Notes: generated by a model from the sequence alone, not told the origin. A stretch of 41,512 bases of DNA from Candidatus Latescibacterota bacterium (GCA_965205655.1 CBDBIJ010000109.1:1-41512), one strand, 5' to 3'. Counted from the first letter of the stretch, positions 19,120 to 28,831 are shown. Numbers and translations: made by a program.

Positions 19120-19589
19120 CTGTCACTGCCTGGCGCATCGTACAGGCAAGACTTGCTGGCGACGCATTTACAGGCGAGGGCGCTCGCCTGTTCGGCGGTC
19201 GCTGGAACCACAAAGGCACTCGCATGGTGTACACGGCCGGTTCAGTCTCACTGGCTGCGCTCGAGCTTCTCGTCCACCTCGAGGCACCACAGCTGCTCGA
19301 GTCGTTTGTCCAGATCCCTGTCGAATTCAACGAAAGGATTTGCTCCATCCTGGACCCGGCCAGTTTGCCCGCTGACTGGACCGATAGCCCAGCGCCCGCG
19401 TCCACCAAGGACCTGGGTACCGAGTGGGTCGGAGCCCATGAAACTGCGGTCCTCGCCGTCCCAAGTGCCATCGTACCCACCGAGTCCATCTTCCTGCTGA
19501 ATCCGGAGCATCCGGACTTCGAGGCCATGCGTATTGGCAGGCCTGGCAGTCTCAAGATCGACGCTCGTTTGCTGAAATCGCTTCGATAA
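19116..19589 (+). CDS. RES-domain toxin (MbcT/ParT-like NAD+ phosphorylase)
   Basis: AWRI..GEGARLFGGRWN..VYTAGSVSLAALELLVH..VPSAIVP..LLNPEHPDF. GTGA overlap with the antitoxin. Confidence 0.92.
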   Translation: MTVTAWRIVQARLAGDAFTGEGARLFGGRWNHKGTRMVYTAGSVSLAALELLVHLEAPQLLESFVQIPVEFNERICSILDPASLPADWTDSPAPASTKDLGTEWVGAHETAVLAVPSAIVPTESIFLLNPEHPDFEAMRIGRPGSLKIDARLLKSLR

Positions 19590-19727
19590 CCCTGGTGGAG
19601 GCACATGTAGGATATTGTTTCGTAACGTTTCCGCCTCACCCTTTCAGTCTCCGCCCCCCTCACATATCTTTAAGGTATTGTCCCTTCGCCGTCCAAAATC
19701 CCGATTTCTCACTGGAGCACCAGATTC

Positions 19728-22043
19728 ATGACTGATTCCCGCTTCACCTACCCCGATTTCACCAGCAACGGCAAATACAAGGTCATCGGCACTCGCCCGA
19801 TCCGTCACGACGGCCTCGACAAGGTGACTGGCCAGGCCATTTACGGCGCCGATGTCCGACTGCCCAATCTGCTCTACGGTAAACTCAAGCGCAGCCCCCA
19901 CGCCCACGCGAAAATCCTGTCCATCGACACGAGCAAGGCTCTCCAGCTGGACGGCGTGCGCGCCGTGGCCACGGCTGACGATCTCGTCGAAGCAGTGGAC
20001 AAGCTCTCCGACATCGGCGAAACCATCGTCAACATTCGCGAGGTAGCGAGGAACTCCCTCGCCTCCGGCAAGGTGCTCTACAAGGGCCACGCGGTCGCCG
20101 CCGTCGCTGCCACGAGCCCGCACATCGCCGATGAGGCGCTGGAACTGATCGAGGTGAAATACGAACCGCTGCCCGCCGTCACCGACGTCCGCGAGGCGAT
20201 GAAGGACGACGCCCCGCTCCTCGACGAGGACCGCACCACCAAGGCGATGGGCGAGGACACCGGCAAGAAGAGCAACATCGCCAGCCACAACCAGCACAAG
20301 CTCGGCGACATCGATCAGGGCTTTGCCCAGGCGGATGTCATCATCGAGCGCGAGTTCCACACCGCCACCGTGCACCAGGGCTACATCGAGCCCCACAACA
20401 CGACCGTACACTGGCGCAGGGACGGCACCATCACCGTCTGGGTGAGCACCCAGGGCCCCTTCCAGATTCGCGCCCAGCTCGCCGACGTCCTGCAGGTGCC
20501 GCTGTCGAAGATCAAGGTCATCCCCTGCGAGATCGGCGGTGGCTTCGGCGGCAAATTCGAAATTTACATGGAGCCCGCTGCGGCGATCATGTCCCAGAAG
20601 ACCGGCCACCCGGTGCAGATAGTCATGAGCCGCACCGAGGAGTTCGAAGCATCGGGGCCCGGACCAGGCTCGTTCATGAAGGTGAAGATGGGCGCTACCA
20701 ACGACGGCGACATCGTCGCCGCCTATGCCGATCTGGCCTACGAGGCGGGAGCCTTTCCCGGATCGGCCGTGGGCGCCGGCGCCATGTGCATCTTTTCACC
20801 CTACGACATCCCCAACATCTCAATCGATGCCTTCGACGTGGTCCTCAACAAGCCCAAATCGACGGCCTATCGCGCCCCCGGCGCCCCCAACGCCGCCTTC
20901 GCCTCGGAGACCGTCATCGACGAGATAGCCGAAAGACTCGGCATGGATCCTCTCGAGCTACGGCGCAAGAACGCCTCTCGCGAGGGCACGCGTCGCTCCG
21001 ACGGCACCGTCTACAAGCGCATCGGCTCCGAGGAGACACACGACGCCGCCATCAACTCCGAGCACAGCAAGAGCGAGGCGCCGCAGGGACACTACCGCGG
21101 CCGTGGCGTGGCTTCGGGATTCTGGGTCAATGGCGGGGGGCAGTCCGCTGCCACAATCAGCGTCACGACCGACGGCACCGTGAACCTGCTCGAGGGATCG
21201 GCCGACATCGGCGGCACCCGCGCCGCCATGGCCATGATCGTGGCGGAAACCCTGGGACTGTCAGCCGATCAGGTAAATCCCATGGTCGTCGACACCGATT
21301 CCATCGGCTACACCGACGGCACCGGCGGCAGCCGTGTCTGCTACGCCACCGGCTACGCCTGCTATCTGGCTGCGGAAGATGTCAAGGAGAGCATGCGCCA
21401 ACGCGCCGCCCAGCAGATGGAGGCCGAGGAGGACGACGTCGAGTTTCGCGACGGCGACTTCGTCTGCAAATCGAACTCGAGCAAGAAGCTCACCTTCAAG
21501 GAAGTGGCCGCGGAACAGGGCAGCACCGGCGGGCCTATCGAAGGGGCCGGAGCCGCCAACGCCTCGGGTTCTGGCAATACCTTCGCCACTCACATCGTCG
21601 ACGTCGAGGTCGACCCCGAGACCGGCAAGGTGAAGATCCTGCGCTACACCGCTGCGCAGGACGTCGGCAAGGCCATCCACCCCAGCTATGTCGAGGGTCA
21701 GATCCAGGGCGGCGTGGTCCAGGGCATAGGCTGGGCCCTCACCGAAGGCTTCTTTTATAATGAAGACGGCTCCATGGCCAACTCCAGCTTCCTCGACTAC
21801 CGCATGCCCACGACCCTCGACCTGCCCATGATCGAAACCATCCTGGTCGAAGTAACCAACCCCGGCAGCCCTCACGGCATCCGCGGCGTCGGCGAAGTCC
21901 CCATCGTCCCCCCCATGGCCGCCATCGCCAACGCCATCTACAGCGCCACCGGACTGAGAATGCGCGAACTCCCCATGAGCCCCGACCGCATCCTGTCAGC
22001 GTTGCAGGAGGCAGAAAAAGAGTACCTGGAGGCAGCCGGCTAA
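19728..22043 (+). CDS. xanthine dehydrogenase-family molybdopterin-binding large subunit
   Basis: DKVTGQAIYGAD, RSPHAHAKI, QGYIEPH, IGGGFGGK, AYRAPG, VEVDPETG, VEGQIQGG, GVGEVP. Confidence 0.92.
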   Translation: MTDSRFTYPDFTSNGKYKVIGTRPIRHDGLDKVTGQAIYGADVRLPNLLYGKLKRSPHAHAKILSIDTSKALQLDGVRAVATADDLVEAVDKLSDIGETIVNIREVARNSLASGKVLYKGHAVAAVAATSPHIADEALELIEVKYEPLPAVTDVREAMKDDAPLLDEDRTTKAMGEDTGKKSNIASHNQHKLGDIDQGFAQADVIIEREFHTATVHQGYIEPHNTTVHWRRDGTITVWVSTQGPFQIRAQLADVLQVPLSKIKVIPCEIGGGFGGKFEIYMEPAAAIMSQKTGHPVQIVMSRTEEFEASGPGPGSFMKVKMGATNDGDIVAAYADLAYEAGAFPGSAVGAGAMCIFSPYDIPNISIDAFDVVLNKPKSTAYRAPGAPNAAFASETVIDEIAERLGMDPLELRRKNASREGTRRSDGTVYKRIGSEETHDAAINSEHSKSEAPQGHYRGRGVASGFWVNGGGQSAATISVTTDGTVNLLEGSADIGGTRAAMAMIVAETLGLSADQVNPMVVDTDSIGYTDGTGGSRVCYATGYACYLAAEDVKESMRQRAAQQMEAEEDDVEFRDGDFVCKSNSSKKLTFKEVAAEQGSTGGPIEGAGAANASGSGNTFATHIVDVEVDPETGKVKILRYTAAQDVGKAIHPSYVEGQIQGGVVQGIGWALTEGFFYNEDGSMANSSFLDYRMPTTLDLPMIETILVEVTNPGSPHGIRGVGEVPIVPPMAAIANAIYSATGLRMRELPMSPDRILSALQEAEKEYLEAAG

Positions 22044-22072
22044 CGGCAATAGCCGCGGACGCTTAGATTATT

Positions 22073-22105
22073 AGGGGCTCCGGGTATCCGTCCGGGGCCC
22101 TTTTT
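22073..22105 (+). terminator. intrinsic terminator
   Basis: GC-rich stem GGGCTCCGGG / TCCGGGGCCC followed by TTTTT. Confidence 0.7.
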
Positions 22106-22149
22106 CTGATCGTTTTGGGATGGTGTCCAAGAACCCATAGGGTTTTGAT

Positions 22150-22386
22150 GTGCCAACTGTTCTGAGACACGGCCCCTATCGGTTTTTCTTCGTATCTCAC
22201 GACAGAGCTGAGCCGCCGCATGTGCATGTTCGTCGGGATAATATGGTAGCTAAATTCTGGTTGGATCCGATTGCCCTCCAGGAGCCAGGAGGCTACGGTC
22301 GGAGTGAGCTGAATACGATCACCCGGCTCGTTGCTGAGCATCGGGCAACCTTGTTGGAGAGCTGGCATGACTTCTTCGGCGCCTGA
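22150..22386 (+). CDS. DUF4160 protein (putative TA component)
   Basis: MPTVLRHGPYRFFFVSHDRAEPPHVHV..AKFWL..W.DFFG. Confidence 0.88.
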   Translation: MPTVLRHGPYRFFFVSHDRAEPPHVHVRRDNMVAKFWLDPIALQEPGGYGRSELNTITRLVAEHRATLLESWHDFFGA

Positions 22387-22675
22387 AATCCTGGAGGCCC
22401 GCGCCACGGGCCTGACCATTACTGAGGACGCGCTTTCAGTCGACCTCGTGGATGGCCGAACAATAATAGTACCGTTGCCGTGGTACCCGCGACTTTGGCA
22501 TGGAAGCGAAGCGGAGCGACAGCAGTGCGAGATCTTCGGAGACGGTGCTTACATACACTGGCCAGGCCTTGACGAGGACCTGGCGGTTGCTGACCTCCTC
22601 GCAGGCCGCCGCTCCGGTGAGACTGCGGATTCCCTAAAGAGATGGCTGGAGGCCAGGACGGAGGCCGGAGGTTAA
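22367..22675 (+). CDS. DUF2442 protein (partner of DUF4160)
   Basis: LSVDLVDGRTIIVPLPWYPRL..IHWPGLDEDLAVADLLAG. Overlaps the DUF4160 gene. Confidence 0.88.
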   Translation: MTSSAPEILEARATGLTITEDALSVDLVDGRTIIVPLPWYPRLWHGSEAERQQCEIFGDGAYIHWPGLDEDLAVADLLAGRRSGETADSLKRWLEARTEAGG

Positions 22676-22701
22676 CCGACTGCCGCGGCGGCTTACTTCG
22701 A

Positions 22702-22744
22702 AGGGCCTCGGGCACTTATCCGCGGCCCTCTTTTCTTTTTTTTT
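22702..22744 (+). terminator. intrinsic terminator
   Basis: AGGGCCTCGGG-CACTTA-TCCGCGGCCCT stem-loop followed by a long T tract. Confidence 0.7.
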
Positions 22745-22782
22745 GTGCGGGGGGGTGGGGCCCCCCGTTTGAAATCGCCAAA

Positions 22783-22918
22783 GGGTGGGCGGGCATGCTG
22801 TCGGAGCGGATTGCGAGCTCGCAGTCTGGCCGTCAGGATGACGGCCTGCGAGCGAGGACCTCGGAAGGAGCCATGGATGGCGACTGAGAATGAGCGGAGA
22901 TAGCGTGTCCGCCCACCC
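22783..22918 (+). repeat. structured GGA-loop element (REP/MITE-like or sRNA)
   Basis: 20-bp closing stem with three G-U pairs, enclosing hairpins GGCCGTCA-GGA-TGACGGCC and GCCA-TGGA-TGGC. Eight GGA triplets. Confidence 0.6.
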
Positions 22919-22946
22919 CAAACCGTAGCAACGAGAGACACCAAGT

Positions 22947-23801
22947 ATGTCCGCCCAAATAGATCCTCAAGACTTCGTGAGAACCCTCCTGCCCATAGTG
23001 CGCCAGTGCGCCCAAACCTCCCTAATCTTCTACGGAAAAGTCGCCAACATCGGCAAAGCCGAAGACACCACCCTCGACTCCTGGGAAGGACGCCAAGCCT
23101 CCAGCGCCCTCACCGTAATCGACAACGCCCTGCAGGACATCATCCTCAACACCGTCGTGGAGAACTACCCCGACATCCGATGCATCGCCGAAGAGGACAC
23201 ACCCATCAGACGACGCTTCGCCGGCAACAAATCGAAGTACACCCTCATCCTCGATCCCATAGACGGCACCATCCACTTCGTGCAGGGAGACGCCGCCTAT
23301 CACATCTGCGTCGGCCTCGCCTGTGACGGCTACATGGAGGCGTCCATCATCGCCCGCCCCACCGAGGACAAGATCTTCACCGCTATCCGCGGACACGGCA
23401 GCTTCGTCCAAATCGGCACCCAGCGACGACGCCGACTGCGCCTGGGGCGCACCGCGAAGACGAAGAGGGCCTACCTGTCGACGAAAGCGCGGGCCTACCA
23501 CAAAGCCGCCCAACGCGAGCTCGTAACCCAGGAGCATCCGGTCGGCGCCGCCCTCGCCCTTACCGGCGTGGCCGAAGGAACTTTCTGCGCCTACTTCACA
23601 CGACAGGTAGAAGTGCACGACGTGGGACCGCCGTCACTGATCGCAGAAGAGGCCGGCGCCCGCTGCTTCCTGAGGGACAACCGCTCCCCTAGGTATCACA
23701 CTCAGCGAAAATTCGGGCTCTACAGGTGCGCCGCCACGCCTGAGCTCGAGGTCATTCTTCAGGAGATCCTGCGCACTGGCGCTCGGAGCGACGGCGCGTG
23801 A
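22947..23801 (+). CDS. inositol monophosphatase (FIG superfamily) protein
   Basis: IAEE..ILDPIDGT motif and HDVGPPSLIAEEAGA (WD..AG..I..EAGG-like). Confidence 0.82.
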   Translation: MSAQIDPQDFVRTLLPIVRQCAQTSLIFYGKVANIGKAEDTTLDSWEGRQASSALTVIDNALQDIILNTVVENYPDIRCIAEEDTPIRRRFAGNKSKYTLILDPIDGTIHFVQGDAAYHICVGLACDGYMEASIIARPTEDKIFTAIRGHGSFVQIGTQRRRRLRLGRTAKTKRAYLSTKARAYHKAAQRELVTQEHPVGAALALTGVAEGTFCAYFTRQVEVHDVGPPSLIAEEAGARCFLRDNRSPRYHTQRKFGLYRCAATPELEVILQEILRTGARSDGA

Positions 23802-24993
23802 CCACATCTGCCGCCACCGCATTCGGCCGTCAATCGCGGCGCATGCGCGCCGTCGGCAGTCCTGTCATCCTTGACGTGGCCCTTCTCATCGAAGCGAATC
23901 CCGGGACGATTTCTCTCGGCCAGGGCGTCGTCCACTACGGCCCTCCCCCACAGGCCCTGGAGGCCGTGTCCCGGTTCGGACACGAGGTCGCCGACAACCA
24001 CTATCAGGGTTTCAATGGCATTCCGGAGCTCGTATCCGGACTCGAGCGAAAGCTCGCCGTCGAGAACGCTATTCGAGTCGGCGCCGATCAGGGCCTCGTG
24101 GTCACCGCCGGCAGCAACATGGCCTTCTTCCACATCGTGCTGGCGATCTGCGATCCCGGTGACGAGGTCATCATCATTTCGCCCTTCTTCTTCAATCACG
24201 AGATGGCCATTCGCATGGCGAGCTGCCGCCCAGTGCTGGTACCTGCCGACGACCGTTACCAGCCGCAGCTCGATCTGATTCGCGACGCCGTCTCGCGGCA
24301 TACTCGCGCCATCGTGACGATCTCACCGAACAATCCGGCGGGCGCCGTCTATCCACGAGAGGACCTCGTCAAAATCAATCGCCTCTGTGCTGAACGAGGA
24401 CTATATCACATCTCTGACGAGGCCTACGAGCACTTCACCTATGAGAATGCCGAGCACTTCTCTCCCGGATCCATCGAGGGAAACGCTCCCCATACCATTT
24501 CCCTCTTCTCATTTTCGAAGACCTACGGCCTGGCGAGCTGGCGCGTGGGCTACATGGTCACGCCCGCTCACCTGCTCGAGGCTCTCGACAAGATTCAGGA
24601 CACCATCCTTATCTGTCCGCCGGTTGTTTCGCAGCGAGCTGCGGTTGGCGCGCTGCGGGGGGGGCCGAATACTGCCGGCCCTTCATCGATGCGATCTCCG
24701 AGGTGCGCCGCAGCTGTCTGGAGCATCTCGAGACGCTGGGCGCCGCCTGCACGGTGCCGCCGACCCAGGGCGCGTTCTATTTGCTCGCCGAGCTCGACAC
24801 CGCCCTGGGAGCCATGGACGTCGTCGAGCGTCTCATTCGGGAGTATGGCGTTGCCGTCATCCCCTGCTCGGGCTTCGGTATTACAGATCGCTGCGTTCTC
24901 CGTCTTTCGTACGGCTCGCTGAAGCCTCAGGCCGTCGAAGAGGGACTGGATCGACTGGTGGGTGGATTGACCCGGATCCTCGACCGCGGATGA
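23798..24993 (+). CDS. PLP-dependent class I/II aminotransferase (frameshift in G8 run 24657-24664)
   Basis: ISLGQG, VTAGSN, SPNNPAG, ISDEAY, SFSKTYGLASWRVGY. Continues in ORF 24703..24993 (GAFY, VAVIP.SGFG, LRLSYG). Confidence 0.9.
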
Positions 24994-25005
24994 GCAGATA
25001 TTGCC

Positions 25006-25034
25006 TTGACACTCGATCGCCGTTCTTCTACCTT
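25006..25034 (+). promoter_or_regulatory. sigma70-type promoter
   Basis: TTGACA-17 bp-TACCTT. Confidence 0.65.
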
Positions 25035-25044
25035 GCAGGTTATT

Positions 25045-25160
25045 AAAGAGTGACCTGAACTCGCGAATGATTGCCCAACAGGAAGTTTTCCACTTCCTTG
25101 CGATGTGGCGCTTCGACAAAGATTATTCGGCAATTCTGGCGAGTTGGTCGCTCTTTTTTT
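25045..25160 (+). ncRNA. candidate structured small RNA or leader (~116 nt), family unassigned
   Basis: Nested stems 25045-55/25146-56, 25058-64/25139-45, 25069-75/25129-35 and hairpin 25080-98. G-U pairs favour the + strand. Starts ~10 nt after a -10 box and ends in U7. Confidence 0.55.
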
Positions 25161-25185
25161 GTCCCCTTCTTCGTGTGACAACGTC

Positions 25186-27923
25186 GTGCGTCGTGCGCTG
25201 CTCAAACGCCTGATCTCCTGCTTCTTTCTCTGCCTGACCGCCACTTCCGACCTGCGCGCTCAGGACATCGCCGCACGGCCCGACTCGCTCGACTTCGGCC
25301 TCCGCAAGCACGGCAGCCGCGGCACCGCCGAGCTCGAACTGACCAGCTCGTCCGATGAGCTGCTCGAGGTCGTGGTCACCTCGAGCGGCGGACCCTTCAG
25401 CGTCGGGCCAGATACCTTTTCCATAGCCAGCAACACCGGCAGGAGCCTTGTGGTCGAGTTCGCCGCGTCGCGTCTTGGCGAGCACAGCGGTGTCCTCATC
25501 GTCGAGGTCAAAAAGCTCTTCGGCTCTGAGAAGATCACTGTCCCGCTTCGTGCCACCGTCGTCAGACCAGAGCTCGACGTCGTCCCCGAACCGTCGGTGG
25601 GGCTTCAGATGGGGTCGGTGTCGATCGGCGAGACGGCGACCCGCATACTTCTCCTGTCCAACCCGAGTCCGGTGGCGCTTCTCCTCGACAGCCTGTACTT
25701 CGAGAGCCAGGCCGGTCCACTGGAGCTCGAGACAGCTGGTCCACTCGAGCTGGCCGCCGGTGAGCAGGTCTCGATCTCTGTTTCCTACACGCCCGGCAGG
25801 GGCGGTGAGCTGACCAACCGCCTTCTCCTGTTGTCGTCGGATCTCGACCCTTCACATATCGCCATTGCCGTCACCGGCGCCGGGCTTGCCCCGGCGGCCG
25901 CGGTTTCACCGCTGCCGGAGATCGGCGTCGATTCGGCCTCATCGAAGTCGGCACCTCGTCGCGGCGCACTGTGACAGCTCTCAACAAAGGCCAATCGCGC
26001 CTCGACATCGGTTCAATCGAGGTGGACGGGACCGGATTCTCATTGTCGAGCGCGGTCGATTCCCTCGCCGTTTCGCCCTCGCAGCGGCGCCAGATCAAGC
26101 TTCGGTTCAATCCGGTGCGCGAGGGTGCGGCGACGGGATCGTTGCGTTTTGATACGAACGATCCGGACGCACCGCACATCGAGCTGACACTGGAGGGTCA
26201 GGCCCGCGTCACGCCGGCGAAGATCGAAATTCTCAATGACACGACGATCACCTTCGGACGCGTCGGGCTTGGAAAAAACTCGCGTGAGCATCTACTGCTG
26301 TGGAACCGGGGCGGCGACGCATTCACGGTCGAGCTCGGGCTCGAGGACGGTAGCCCGGAGTTCGAGCTGGCGACCTCCGCCATTCTGCTTCAGCCCGGTC
26401 AGAGCGGCCGCGCGGAGCTGAGGTTCCAGCCAATTGATGTGGGCAAACGGCGGGCCTCGTTGTGGGTTCTGACAGAGGCGGGAAGGCGGCCGTTCCGGCT
26501 CGAGGGGACGGGCGAGTTTCTCAAACTGAGTCCCACCGTCGAGGACTTCGGTCGCGTGCCGGTGGGCGAGACCGCCAGCAGGGTCGTCGAGCTCACCAAC
26601 ATCGGCAATGCCGACTTCACCATCACTCGCATGACCTCATCGAGCGATGACTTCGCCATCATCACCCAGGTGTCGGCACAGAACGAATTCTTTTTGCCCG
26701 CCAATGGACTGCGGTCGCTGCCCCTCAACGTCAGCTTCGCCCCGGCGGCAAGGGGTCTCAGCACCGGATTGCTTCGCGTCGAGGGCTTCTGGTCGGAGGG
26801 AACGGAGACCTTCGAGATCCTGCTGAATGGAACCGGTATCGCCGCTGAGATCGAACTCCATCCCTCCGGAGCTCTCGATTTCGATTATGTCGTGCTCGGC
26901 GACGTGCAGGTCCGCACCCTCGTGGCGACGAACACCGGTGATACGGCGCTGCGGGTCGAGGCCAGTCCGCTCACCCGGGAGGCTCGCGTGGATCCCGCCG
27001 CCTTCTCGTTGCAGCCTGGCGAATCTACCAAGCTCGCCGTCTCCTTTCAGCCCGAAACGCTCGGCGATCGATTCGGCCAGATTCTGCTGGTGAGCAACGA
27101 CGTTCGCGACAGAGCGCAACCGATCAAGATCAAGGGACACGGCGCCCTTCGCGCCATCGATCTGAGTGCCATCACATCGGTGCGCGTGTCGCGAAAGTCC
27201 CACACCCGGGAGCAGCCCGTGGCGTGGACGAATGCGCCCATCGTGTTACTCGACGGCACCAAGGTCGACCTCGTGTTCGAGCTACCCGACTCCCTGCGCG
27301 CGGCGCTGATCGGACGCAAGATCGACATCGAGTGGGTCGAGCTGGACGAGAACTACGATCCAAGGGGCGGGCCCAAACAGATAGAGGTGCAAATCTACGA
27401 CGACGAGAGCGGTACCGCCGTCGCCGAGGACCTCAACCTGCAACTGCAGGAGAGCGGCATCAGGCGAGTGCGGCTGCGCCTCACGACGCGCAGCTATCCG
27501 GGCGCTTCTCCGCACTCCATCTCGCAGATATTCGAGGCCGGGGGGTGGAAATGGGAGTTCGAGGCGAAGCCTCTGGTCTCTTTCCTGACAATACGGCCCG
27601 GCCGCGACTACAGGGGCCCCGACGGTGAGATAGTCAGAGGAGAAACAGAGCGGCTGATTGGTCTACCCGGCATCGCCTTTGCCGGCTGGCACGATTCGGA
27701 GAATCCCTCCGTTTCCGGCATCCACTTGACTGCCATCGGCAACGTTCTGGAGGCGCTCTCCACCGACAACGCGATCGCCGTGTCTCTCGGCGTCGCCGTT
27801 TCTCTCTACAAGGACAGGTTCCTGCTCGGTATCGGTTGGGACATCTACGATTCTCGCCCCAGGGCGAGACGCAAGGGTACGCAGGATTACATCATGACCA
27901 TGAAGTACTCCGGCTGGTTCTGA
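25186..27923 (+). CDS. secreted protein with six ASH/choice-of-anchor-D Ig domains and a beta-strand-rich C-terminus (frameshift ~25932)
   Basis: Signal peptide from GTG 25186. Repeated xDFG..N.G..L...F.P..G...G.L...SND units. Adding one T gives GVDFGLIEVGTSSRRTVTALNKG and joins the two ORFs. Ends YIMTMKYSGWF. Confidence 0.78.
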
Positions 27924-27976
27924 CCAGATCCTGTATACAGCGACATCACCGTCTACCATATCTGTCCACGTTTCCC

Positions 27977-28005
27977 TTGACACCTACTATCATGTTTACT
28001 ATTAT
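27977..28005 (+). promoter_or_regulatory. sigma70-type promoter
   Basis: TTGACA-17 bp-TATTAT, near consensus. Confidence 0.7.
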
Positions 28006-28025
28006 ACAAATGTTCACTGTTGGGA

Positions 28026-28148
28026 ATGACTCAAATCATGATTCAAATGTTGACTCGAGACCCTGTAGACATCCTGGCGCGAACGATCACTGACGCTTCG
28101 TGCACCTATCTCGTCGTGCGCATCTGCATGGGATTTATCGCGGGCTGA
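28026..28148 (+). CDS. putative 40-aa small protein
   Basis: MTQIMIQMLTRDPVDILARTITDASCTYLVVRICMGFIAG*, directly downstream of the promoter. Below the ORF-track cutoff, weak SD. Confidence 0.35.
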   Translation: MTQIMIQMLTRDPVDILARTITDASCTYLVVRICMGFIAG

Positions 28149-28369
28149 ACGCCGCTCACCCCATCACGTTCCACCCCCCTTCTCCTACGCAGTCACGCCG
28201 CTTTTCCGCACCTCCCAAGTGTGCCTAAGCCTCGCTTTTTCATTGACTTTCTAACTGGATTGACCGTCATTTAAAACCTGCGGAGACGCGGAAATTCGGC
28301 CGCTGGTGATCCTCCGGTCACAGTGGTTTTGAGCGGCCCCCCTCTCCTTGTTGCGTACCGGGATACCGA

Positions 28370-28831
28370 GTGCCCGAGAGAGTTCTATGGCTCCTGGCCA
28401 GTGCGGCAGGAGCTATCCTTTTGGTCATAGGCTTGTGGCCCTTGGGCTTACAGGATCGTGTGCTGCCTGGCCTCATCGAGGTGGAATCCGCAGAAGCGCC
28501 GGCGCCAATCGACGAGCTGGATCGGGCTATCCGCATCGCCGTTTTCAACGGGTGTGGCGATCCTCAAGTCGCCGCCCGCATGACGAAGAGGGCGCGTGGT
28601 CTCGGTCTCGATGTCATCCACGAAGGAAACGCGGAGAGCTTCAACCATCTCTACTCCGTCGTTCTCGACCGCGTCGGCAATATGTCCAGAGCTCGGCAGG
28701 TTGCCGCTCGCCTCGGCATACCCCACGCAATCCAGCAGATCAGCGAGGATGAATACAGGTTGGAAGAGGTATCGGTTATCGTGGGCAAGGATTACAAGCG
28801 ACTCAGACTGCTCGAGGAGGCGCCTCTATGA
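28370..28831 (+). CDS. LytR C-terminal domain (LytR_C) membrane protein
   Basis: N-terminal TM, IRIAVFNGCG..AAR..GNAESF..VSVIVGKDY. Lies immediately before rsfS. Confidence 0.82.
   Translation: MPERVLWLLASAAGAILLVIGLWPLGLQDRVLPGLIEVESAEAPAPIDELDRAIRIAVFNGCGDPQVAARMTKRARGLGLDVIHEGNAESFNHLYSVVLDRVGNMSRARQVAARLGIPHAIQQISEDEYRLEEVSVIVGKDYKRLRLLEEAPL

Noticed and set aside
19590..19727. Moco riboswitch upstream of the molybdoenzyme
   Set aside because: No convincing stems or Moco-motif features seen by eye.
19728..22043. Aerobic CO dehydrogenase CoxL
   Set aside because: The loop is AYRAPG, not AYRCSFR or AYRGAGR, and there are no coxS/coxM genes.
25045..25160. tRNA or SRP RNA
   Set aside because: TTCGA is present but not in a T-arm or cloverleaf, and the SRP helix-8 motif (CAGG..GNRA..AGCAG) is absent.
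28027..28058. CRISPR-like array
   Set aside because: Only three short, degenerate 12-bp-period repeats, with no spacers and no cas genes.
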